NCBI RefSeq assembly: GCF_006345805.1
Contig: NC_043001.1
Coordinates: forward strand, 60,140,001-60,204,000
Length of the DNA stretch: 64,000 nt
Direction: 5' to 3'
Source of the DNA: Octopus sinensis
Taxonomy: Eukaryota
Numbering within the stretch: position 1 is the first letter of the stretch; each line of letters begins with the position of its first letter. A model generated the notes under the pieces. It searched no databases. It saw only the letters and a program-made list of their open reading frames with translations, and had not been told where the DNA came from. Made by a program: the position numbers and the translations under genes. This document shows, piece after piece, positions 53,995-64,000 of the stretch.

Positions 53995-54720
53995 TCCTTG
54001 CTAGTTGGAGTGGTGGAATTACATTTAAAATATCCACATAAGTGCGCTTATGCGTTTTGGTAAGTTCTTTCAGCACTCATCTCACCCAGACTAAGGTCTG
54101 CGTCTTGTCGTGCAGCCATTCGTGTACCGCTTCTTGCGCGTCTACGTAGCTTCCATTTGAGCCGTCCAAGGAACAAGCGAGAACTGGAATGAATACACGG
54201 TGTTCCTGTGAAGCTTCTGGATTGTTCCGTACGCAGAACTATGACTAAGTTGCAGAACTATGACATAGTACGGTCACAGGCCGGTTCGCCAGAACCATCT
54301 CTTGAGATTGTTGAATCTTCACGTCAGCGGTGAATGTTGATGAGCGTCATTCCGCCTGTTCGTGCTTCGCACTTGTCCATCTTTAAACTTTTCAATCTAC
54401 ATCAAGGCACATCTACACGACTGAGTGCTACCCAACAGTGTATTGAAAGCCTACCATGAATTTTAGTCCCAGACACACTTACAGACCACCAGAATTGGAT
54501 CGCTGGTCTCTCTTCTTCCTTGGTGCACACTCCTAGCCAAGCAGCCGTGTTTACTCTGTTACACATGAAAGAAAACTTGGCGACCAAAGTCAGACCAAAA
54601 TCAGACCTCGGTTACTTAACTACAAGTGCAGCGCATTTCAGCACGCGTGTGATGAAGACACAGAAAGGTTTGGCGTTCAGAAAGGTTTGGCGAAAGTGCA
54701 GATACTTTTTGATGCCTTCT
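53995..54720 (-). mobile_element. Internally deleted, degenerate mariner element
   Basis: Minus-strand CTKEEERPAIQFWWSVSVSGTKIHGRL (mariner N-terminal CTKEEQRSVIRFLWSEGV-like) plus C-terminal relics. Confidence 0.6.
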
Positions 54721-55152
54721 AATACATTTATAATGTACTAAGAAAAAGACCGCCCTTCGGGCGGTTTTCTGCTAGCTAATTGACAACATTTTCAAATTTA
54801 ATTCCCAGTTCTAACAATTTTAATGACATTTTACGTCTTATTATTTCTTTGTATAACAGTGCTCACTCGCTTAGTAAATCTTGCTTTCATTATTTTATCA
54901 CAGTGATAATCTCTCTTTTTTTAATAAACATCATAGTAGTCCAACTATGTAGGGGATTATAGGTTTGTCAATTGTTATATTCCCCTCAAAGCAACATAGA
55001 GCTTTCAGTTCCGCAGCCCACCAGTAAGCTTTGCAGTGCGTGTCTATGTAGGAGAGAGAGAGATGGAGGAGAGGAAACATTGCAAACAATAAAATAAATA
55101 AACATGAGATGAAAATATCGTATACATAAAAGGGCATGACTACAGTTGTATA

Positions 55153-56442
55153 CAAGGGGCGTTCAATAAGTAATGCCCCTGACCCACTTCCCATAGCAGT
55201 AGAGCAGCGAAACTTGGCACAGTTATTAGTCTTTTTCTACATAGAAAGCACCCAGAGTTACGCATTTCTCCCATCGTTTGATGCGGCTCTGGAGACCGTT
55301 TTTGTAGAAGAACCCAGCTTGGTCCTCCAACCTCAACGTGACTTCAGAATCAAGGCTGCATCATCTGGGAAACGCTTTCTTTTCAAAAACAACTTCATGA
55401 TTGGGAAGAGGTGAAAATCAGAGGGTGCAAGGTCAGGAAAAAAGGGGGGATGGGGAGGAGTTCATAGCCATACGCCTGTGCTTCTGATCTGGCGACACGC
55501 GAGTTGTGGACCGGAGCGTTGTCCTGCAGGAGGAGGATGCCTTTGCTGATCTTGCCCCGCCTCTTGATTTTGATAACTTCTCTTAATTTCCTCAAAAGTG
55601 AAGCATAATAGGCTCCTGTAATTGTGGTACCCTTTGCCAGGAAATCTGTCATCACTACTCCGTCCTGGTCCCAGAAGACTGTGAGCATGACCTTGCCAGC
55701 GGAAGGCTGCACCCTTGCCTTCTTTGGAGGGGGTGAGTCACGGTGCTTCCACTGCATTGACTGGGCTTTGGTCTCTGGATCATCGTGATGGAGCCAGGTT
55801 TCATCCTGTGTAATCAGTCTTTTTAAAAATTTTGACTCATCTTCTTCGCATATCTCCAAATTCACCCTCGAGCACTCGACGCGTTCTTGCTTCTGGAAAG
55901 GCGTGAGCAGCCTGGGAATCCATCTGGCAGACACCTTTTGCATATGCAAATGGTCATGAATGATAGTTTCCACAGACCCGGTACTAATCTTGACCTCATG
56001 GGCTATTTGGCGAATAATTATGCGTCGATCTTCCAAAATGGCAGCCTCAACTTGACGGACAGATGCCTCATCAATGACAGAAGGAGGAGACCAGATCTGG
56101 GAGCTGTTTCCACAGAGTTCCGACCATGTTTGAATTCACGATGCCAGCGTTTTACAAGGTCATATGATGGGGCATCATCACCATAAGTTACTTTCATTTC
56201 ATCAAAAGTCTCCCGTGGTGTGCGTCTTTTCAAATACAAAAACCGGATCACTGCTCGACACTCAACAGGCTCCATTTCACACTTGACTCGGTTCAAACAC
56301 CTGTAAATCAGAAACCACAATTAGTTCAGAGCTGTAATTTGCTACTTAATCTATAGAGATATAAATAATTGCACATGCAAAATTTCAGCTAGATCAAACA
56401 ACTGCAAGTGGGTCAGAGGCATTACTTATTGAACGTCCCTCG
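55153..56442 (-). mobile_element. Full-length mariner (DD34D) transposon, defective copy 2 (same family as 31789-33058)
   Basis: Same 37-bp TIRs with few mismatches; TA TSD at 55151-52 and 56443-44; 1290 bp. Confidence 0.97.
55226..56275 (-). pseudogene. Mariner transposase pseudogene (two frameshifts)
   Basis: MEPVECRAVIRFLYLK..., VSARWIPRLL, ITQDETWLHH, SAGKVMLTVFWD, LQDNAPVH, PDLAPSDFHLF. Confidence 0.93.
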
Positions 56443-57469
56443 TACGCCCTGAATTTCTGACCACTTAACATCCAGAAAAATTTGATAGTCTTTAACGAAA
56501 TTTTCTACAAATACCGCTTAGATGTAGTGGTTTTAGAGTCTATAGGGATCTATGGGAAAGTATTTTTCCGAGATGGCGGAGAGAGGAGTTTCGGAAAATT
56601 TGCACGATCTGAATTTTTCCCCCCATCACTTTCAGGTAAATGGATATATTTTACTGAAAGTTTATACAAATCATTTTCAAACGACGTAGATTACGATTAT
56701 AAAGAAATTTGGGAGGAAAATTTTGTCTCAGGGGGTGGTGAATGGAGTTTCGTATGAGGAAGATAAAATAAGTTGGAACTACTCTATTTAGACGAAGATT
56801 TTCCCCATTTCTTTTAGCCACATCCCCGCACCATAATCATCCCTCTCCAGACCTATTTTGGCGAACTTTTTGGGGACTTCAAAACAGATTTTCGGTAAAA
56901 AAAACATATATTAACATATTCAGAGTTAAGAGTGAGTTATTTAATGGAGATTTGGTTGTTGTTTCTAGCATATCCCAAGGCAACCCTCCTTGTTACATCA
57001 ATCTTGCATGTATTGATGTTGTTCAATATTTTTCTCCCCATAAATCCATTTATATGCTATAGAAAATGAAATTTGAAAAAATAAGTTTTTTGTCAAGCCC
57101 CAATCCCTGACCCGGTGTTCCTGTATATAATTTCAAATATTCGAAAGACTGAGAAGGTCCTCGCTGGCATTTATCCACAGTGATTAAAAAAAGTTACGTA
57201 AAAGATAATACATTTTAATAGCATACCTTTCTGTCAGAAAATTTATTTTCTTACACATACGGCTTCACTTGATTTAGGTGGGGGTAAAACGTTTGAGAAC
57301 TCTTTGTTTTTTTGCCTATATTCCACCAATGGACCACGCAGGAGTTACTTCGGCATCATCATTCCATAAAATATGTTTAATCGGAGAAAAATATGGAAAA
57401 ACATCGATACATGTGAAAGTGAAAACGGAGGGTGGCTTGGGTTGTGCTAGAAACAACAGCCATATCTCA

Positions 57470-57897
57470 CTTGAATTTTTCACCTTTTCCTCTGAATATA
57501 TTTACATTTTTTTTATCAGAAATGCTCTTCCCATGGTTTTAAAGTTTAAAAAAAAGTGGCCAGAATCGGTCCGGATAGTTATTATTGTAAGGCTTATATC
57601 TTTCCAAAAGGCCATAACAACGAAATCACTTCTTACTTTTTTTTTTTTTTTCATAAAAATTATACCAGTATATTAAAAAACTACAAAACCTCCCTTGAAT
57701 TTTTCATCTTTTCCTCCGATAATGCTTACATGTTTAAATATTGTTTTTACAGAAACGGTTCCATCCATGGTTTTTAAGTTTAAAAAAAGGCCAAAATCGG
57801 CCGGGTTAGTTATTATTGCAAGGTTATATTGTTCCAACAGTCATAACAACAAAATCATTTCTTAATTTTTTTACAAAAATTATACCAGTATATTAAA
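57470..57897. repeat. ~225-bp tandem duplication
   Basis: cttgaatttttca.cttttcctc...ccatggtttt.aagtttaaaaaaa...aaaaattataccagtatattaaa occurs twice. Confidence 0.85.
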
Positions 57898-57933
57898 TAT
57901 TTTCATTCAATAAATGTTTTTACATTACATATA

Positions 57934-58695
57934 CGAAATTTTATCAATAAGTATCCGGACTGTTGCCATAGTAACGAAACTAAATCACATAGAGTGAAGT
58001 AGCTTAGCAACTGACCGTGACAGATAAAGTTGTCATGGCGATACCTGCTCAGATGCCTACGCTAAGTTGCAGAAAGTGTATGGAAAGGAGTGTATGAGCT
58101 GCACACGAGTGTACAAGTGGTTCAATAATTTCCAAGATGGCCGAAAAAATGTCAATATTGAACGTTCTGGGAGACCTGCAGCCAGCAGACGTGAGAGAAA
58201 CATCGAAGATGAGCATGCAGTTGTGAGGAAAAATCATCGAATTACCATCTTTGTTTTCTCAGAGAATATGTAGATTAGTTGCAGTTCAAGTCTGTCCATT
58301 GTCTGATTTGGGTATGAGACGCATGTCTACCAAGTTTGTGCAAAAACTGCTTGAAGCTGTCCAAAAAGACACTCGGTTTTCAGTTGCACAAGATCTTGAT
58401 TGTGTCGAGATCGATGAAAACTTTTTGTACACTTTTCGCAGGCATCTGAGCAGGTATTGTGAAGTCTTTGGAAAACTTTGATGCAGATTCTCTGCTCAAC
58501 TTTCCCTACCATGATCAACGCGATGATCACATGCTACACACCTTCCTTTCAAGCACTGCTGTATACAGAGGAAGTAAGTTACAACGTTAAATCGTAGTGC
58601 ACATGCACAAAAGTGTCATTCTGTGCCAAGCGGCTTTAATCTGCATGCTATAGCTTCGTTATAACGGCCACATTATATTTATTGATCAGACCACA
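57934..58695. mobile_element. Non-autonomous mariner derivative made of two head-to-head 5' halves
   Basis: TIR-like ends (atcaataagtatccggactgttgccatagtaacga / tcgttataacggcc...ttattgatcagacc) with TA flanks. Plus strand encodes QKVYGKECMS.TRVYKWF..FQDGR; minus strand encodes VEQRICIK...NTCSDA. Confidence 0.7.
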
Positions 58696-59230
58696 TATAG
58701 AATAAACAGTGGGTTTTCCAAATAACGAATTAAAATTAGAATTGAAAACATTGAAATAAAAATTGAGAGACGTTCAATAAAACTCAGAAATCGACATTAT
58801 ATGAAATTCCCTGGAACATGATTTATAAAAAAATTTCCAGACGGCCAAATCTTTAATAATTGCTTTCTTTTAGTAACTGTTACATACGTAATTGATAAGC
58901 AGCTTCTTTCATTATAATATAGATATATATTTATGTAATGATTAACGGTTCAACATGATGAAGTATATATAGTTGATGATGATGATGAGACTGAGATGAA
59001 AAAGTCTAAAATGAACGAGGAAATCAGAATGTGTTAATATTGTCGTTGTTTCTGTTAATATTGTTGGTATTGCTGTCGCTGTTGTTGCTGCAGCTGTCGT
59101 AATTTTCACTGCCACATCTGCACGATTCACATGAGACTCTTACTGGTGATGGTGGTGGTGGTGGTGACGCTGTTTCTTCTGTGTTCATTATCAGTCACAC
59201 GCAGAATTTTTTAGTTTGGAGGTTGTAACA

Positions 59231-59625
59231 AAGCTGTCAGAAACGTTAGCACGCCGAGCAAAATGAGTAGCCGTATGTCGTCTGCCGTTACGTTCTGAGT
59301 TCAAATTCCGCCGAGGTCGACTTTGCTTTCATCCTTTCGGGGTCGATAAATTAAGTACCAGTTACGCACTGGGGTCGATATAATTGACTTAATCCGTTGT
59401 CTGTCCTTGTTTGTCCTCTCTGTGTTTAGCCCCTTGTGTGTAGTAAAGAAATAGGTATTTCGTCTGTCTTTACGTTCTAAGTTGAAATTCCGCCGAGGTT
59501 GACTTTACCTTTTATCCTTTCGAGGTCGATGAATTAAGTGCCAGTTGCATACTGGGGTGGATCTAATTGACTGGCCTCTCGCCACCCCCAAGAAATTTGG
59601 GTCTTGTGCCTAGAGTAGAGAAGAA
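59231..59625 (+). mobile_element. Composite dimeric SINE family A
   Basis: Full unit with tail A, immediately followed by a second core (59455-59625) with tail B; degenerate TSD gaggttrtaaya at 59219-59230 and 59629-59640. Confidence 0.85.
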
Positions 59626-59992
59626 TTAGAGGTTATAATAATTCACGGCAAATTCCCTATATCTTTTATTGATGTTACTATGTATATATAATACTCTTTT
59701 ACTCGTTTCAGTCATGCGGCTGCAGTCACGTATATACATACATACATACATACATACAAAAATACACACATACATACATACACAAACACATTCATACATA
59801 CATACATGCACACATACATACATACATGTATGTGCGTGTGCGTATGTATGCTTGTGTATGTGTATGCATACCAAGCTTTGCAAGAATCCTATTACAATCG
59901 TTACGATGCTCTCACTAACAACGATAGTTTTGATGCAGTTAGACACGCTTTTATTGTTTTAGCATATAAATATGTCTTTAAATATAAATATT

Positions 59993-60210
59993 AATCAATG
60001 TGACCGCCCTTGGCAGCGAGCATGCGCCCCAGGCAAGACCTGAAAACCGTGCACACGTTACAAGCGAAGTCCTTCCTCATGATGGTCCATAGGTGGTTGG
60101 CGGATGACTTCAACTCATCGACGTTACTATGACAGATCCTTCAGTCCTTGCGCACATGCTGTATTCAAGGAGGTTGAGTCGGCCAGAATTCTTTCGACCA
60201 GAGTCTACCA
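59993..60210 (-). pseudogene. C-terminal fragment of a maT/DD37D-like transposase
   Basis: WSKEFWP..LNLLEYS, HSNVDELKSS..LW..MRKDF..NVC..FRSCL..MLAAKGGHID*. Confidence 0.6.
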
Positions 60211-60279
60211 TATTAATGAATATATAAATTACCATTCGTTTCTCTTGATTTTCAATGGACTTTTATCAGTGTATATTAA

Positions 60280-60490
60280 TTTCAATTTTTTGCGCAAGGC
60301 CAGCAGTTTGATTGAAGGGGATAAGTTGGTCACATCGACCCCAGTACTCAACTGATACTTATTTAATTGACCCAGAAAGGGTAAAAGGAAAAGTAAGCAT
60401 CGGTGGAATTTGAATTCAGTACGTAAAGACGGACGAAATGACATGAAGCATTTTGCCAGGCATGCAGACGATTCTGTCAGCTCGAGCCAT
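60280..60490 (-). mobile_element. SINE family A-related monomer, degenerate
   Basis: catcgaccccagtactcaactg...cggtggaatttgaa...cgtaaagacggacgaaat. Confidence 0.8.
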
Positions 60491-61068
60491 TTTTATTTCT
60501 TTATATTGAACAGTAGTAATATTGGAATCCATATTAAAGTTGATCTGTACAAAAGTAGCTTCGCAGATATATCTATTATCGAAGTTAGTGTGGAAGAAAA
60601 GTTTCCGACCGGTCGAATATACTTCAAATAAGGAGGTGTCATTTCATGGTAAAGTTTTGGATCTGTTATTCATAATATTCCTCCACACGTATCACAGGTT
60701 TTTAGTGTTGCAATACATACATCTACAGAATTTTATACATTTTCTCCGTGTGTAGAAACATTTTCGCGCTGACGTAAAAGAAAACAGACCAACAGATAAT
60801 AGTGCTAGCCATCATACATTATTTAATATCATATGACGCTGTAGGTATTTGTGATTTACACAGCTAAGAATTAACTATTCTTTAACGTACCCTCTACTAT
60901 GTCAACAAATTTCACACTCGTAAATTTCTATTCCCGAGACACATTATTTGTCTTTGTTTCCTAGCCCAAATAACTTTTACTCTTACATTTTAGACTGATA
61001 AAATATCCATTCCAGAAGAAAAAACTTCTGAAAGTATGCAAGTGCATAATATATATGAATATATATAT

Positions 61069-61102
<34 letters not shown>

Positions 61103-61111
61103 ATATATATA

Positions 61112-61144
<33 letters not shown>

Positions 61145-62564
61145 CACTAAACCGCAAAACGAATGCGATTTTTTCAAATGTCATTTTTAATTGAGAAATT
61201 CCGAAAATTTATTTGTTAGTGTAGATATTCCAAGACATGCTGGTTTATGACTAGGACCCAAATTGCAAGTAAACTTTCAATTTTCCCAGAAGCGAGACAC
61301 CAAAACAGATCTGCATTGAATGCCGTGCATCTCGTGGAAGTTATGGGTATAAAAATCAACTTTAACCGCGTTCCTGGCATTCGTAATTTGGTCGCATCAG
61401 GTATAACCCAATTGTCAGCAGCGCAGAGAGAGCAAGCTGTCGGCCGATTGAAAGCAGGGCAGCATGCCCTGGTTGTTTCGAAAGCTTATAATGTCAATGT
61501 CAGCACCATCTATCGCAATCAACAACGATACAGCACCAATAATACTGCGACCGTGCCTGCAGAGGGCGCCCCCGAGTGACCACGCATAGGTAGGACCGCT
61601 TCATCCACATGCAACACATCCGTGATCGCTTCAGACCGGCCACCTTGATAGCTCGCGAGTCCATTGGCACTGAACAGCGAAACATCTGCAACGATGCAGT
61701 TTGACGTCAACTGACCAGCAACAACCTGCGTTGCTGTCATCCTGCACGAGGACGTGTCCTCACCGCCCACCGCCGCCCGCCACCGCCAGGCACGACTACA
61801 GTGGGCTAAAAGCTCCGACATTGGCAGCATCAACAATGGAGGTCGATAGTCTTCTGTGACGGGAACTAGTACAGCGTTTCCACTTTGGATGGCAGAGTGA
61901 GGGTGTGGCGTAGGAGGGGTGAACGCTACAGAGCATGTGTCATTGAGAGAGACGCGTGGGTTGGCCAAAGCATCATGATTTGGAGTGACATTCCCTCTAC
62001 CTGCACCCATGTGTTCCAAAATGTTGGTGCAGGTAGAGGGAATGCCATCACAGCACATCGCTACATTGACCAGATCCTAAGACCTCACATCGTTCCCTTC
62101 TTCATACGACACTATAGTCAAAAGTTCCAGCAGGACAATGTTCCCTCTCACACGGTCAGGGTCACCATGGACACACTGGATCTGGTCAACGTAGCGCTGC
62201 GATCTGATGCCCTTCCCTTTGCCTACACCGACAATTTGGAACACATGGAGCACAACATCAAAACCATGATGTGACCGGCTCTCAGCCCGGATTGAACCCT
62301 ATTGACTACGTGTGGGATGAAATCCAGAGACGGCTGAATCAGCTGGTCCCAAGTTCGACAACTCGTGTGGAACTGGAAGCAGCTTTCCTCAAGGTGAAAT
62401 CACATGTACCAATGGATTTTGTGAACTGTCTCATGCTCTCTATGTACCGATCGTGTATAGCGGTTTTGAACACCCAAGGAGGGCATACACAATATTAAAC
62501 ATGTCACGCCCTACAATCTCGATCTGCTGGATCCGCCCACTACCACTAAACTTGCGGTTAAGTG
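61145..62564 (+). mobile_element. Tc1-like DNA transposon, degenerate
   Basis: TIR cact(a/t)aaccgcaa at both ends with TA flanks; QLSAAQREQAVGRLKAG, DGRVRVWRRRGERY, SIMIW, YIDQILRPHIVPF, FQQDN, PALSPD/LNPIDYVWD, GGHTQY*. Confidence 0.88.
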
Positions 62565-62646
62565 TATTTTCGTATTTAAGTAAATAGACTTATGCACATG
62601 TGTGCGTGTGTATGTATCTATATGTATATATATGTAAATATATATA

Positions 62647-63176
62647 TAGCGTGTGGCATGTATGTATAATGCTCTCTGGCATGTATGTATAATGCCCTCT
62701 ATATATAAATTAATATGTTCAATAAGAAATAATTATTTTCGAAATTTATTCTCTTATGAGGTTTTCACGCTATCTACCTGACAATTTCTTGTTAAGTTTT
62801 CCTTATTGAGTAGTTGTCCTTAATTGCTAAATTTTTATTCCGAAAAAACTTTTCCTCTCCCGAAATGCAATTCGTAAAAGTATGCCATTTACAGGATGTA
62901 ATATATGTAAACTCACCCATGTGCTTCGTTGATGTTGATCAGTTAGCTGATCGGCTTAAGCGGGGCGGGGTCGTTTATTTATGATACATTCAGGCCTGCT
63001 GATGAATACGTAAGTATGAAATCACTGTGATACAGGTCTATATTTTTTAAATGTCTTATTTTGAAAAATTGCATTCGGTGGGATTAGTAATATTTTTTGG
63101 TAGAAATGACTAATTGTCCCTCTTAGCGTGTGGCATGTATGTATAATGCTCTCTGGCATGTATGTATAATGCCCTC

Positions 63177-63187
<11 letters not shown>
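62647..63187 (+). mobile_element. Retrozyme-like / non-autonomous PLE-associated unit with an exact 64-bp terminal direct repeat
   Basis: 62647-62710 is identical to 63124-63187; non-coding interior contains an intact hammerhead; (TA)n on both flanks. Confidence 0.65.
62992..63039 (+). ncRNA. Canonical type I hammerhead ribozyme
   Basis: Stem I aggcctg/caggtct; CTGATGA 62999-63005; stem II atac-GTAA-gtat; GAAA 63018-21; stem III atca-ctg-tgat; AUA cleavage site after 63032. Confidence 0.88.
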
Positions 63188-63241
<54 letters not shown>

Positions 63242-64000
63242 ATATATATATATATATATATATATATACCACACACATACATACATGTATTTATGTATAT
63301 GTGTTTTATATACCTACCTGTCTATATACCTACCCACTTTGTAATGTTGGCAAATGGAATAAGTATAAAAATGAACATTGTCAATTTAATTTAAAAAATT
63401 CCATATATGGCTGAAGAGTGCTCTACATTTTAAAACTGATGTAATACTTACATTGTTTAATTAAATGAAGTAGCATGAAACGATTGTACAACACTACCTT
63501 TGGATATCCTTGTTGCTTATTTTGATTATAATCACCCCATCTGATTTATATGGATAACATCACACCAAATTCTGGTGCCTTTAACTTAAGTACCTAATTC
63601 ATCAGAATCTAAATATTTGCTGAACTTATATATATATGTGTGTGTGTGTGTAGTGTGTGTATGTGTATGTCTATGTAGATGTACGTATTTAAGCGCATTG
63701 CTTATGTGATTTCGTGGTCTTGCATACGCGTCTGCATTTGTGTGAAACTCTGATAACTAGATAATGATAGAAATACAAAGTCACTAGTAGGGTACTTACA
63801 CAAGGAAAGAAATAAGCAAATATATAGAGACTTCATAATGTTGTTGTTTGCAAGGATCTATCATTATTTCCTAGGCGAAAGTTGAACCAAGAATAGGATA
63901 GGATGAAAAATGGCGAAATAAGTGAGATAAATCCATTCCATTTAAACAGTAAACATCCAAATGAAAGCGATGCTTGAGGAGATAATTAAGCATACCGTTT

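Noticed and set aside
54749-54775. GC hairpin accgccc-ttc-gggcggt plus T-run resembling a bacterial rho-independent terminator
   Set aside because: Eukaryotic context, and it is followed by CTAG, so a Helitron-type 3' end fits better (a similar end is at ~44860-44887). No evidence of bacterial DNA.
55395-56036. SETMAR/Metnase host gene
   Set aside because: No SET domain; the ORF lies within TIR- and TA-bounded mariner DNA and is frameshifted.

Overview
AT-rich, microsatellite-dense eukaryotic non-coding DNA. The SINE families and repeat landscape are most consistent with an octopus or other coleoid genome (inferred, not checked). I could not identify any host protein-coding gene, and most listed ORFs are microsatellite artefacts. 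The window is a mosaic of transposable-element relics: a 5'-truncated Penelope-like (Neptune-type) RT + GIY-YIG element; two full-length but frameshifted mariner copies in opposite orientation; several older Tc1/mariner/maT relics; a Mutator-like element; Helitron-type ends; Gypsy and RTE RT fragments; R4/Dong-type RLE LINEs stacked on (TAA)n arrays; two tRNA-type SINE families with target-site duplications (TSDs); and long-TIR foldback/MITE elements. The most notable signal is a set of type I hammerhead ribozyme motifs from at least three or four unrelated repeat families. One canonical, intact hammerhead (62992-63039) sits in a ~477-nt non-coding unit with an exact 64-bp terminal direct repeat, the architecture expected of a retrozyme-like circular-RNA retroelement.
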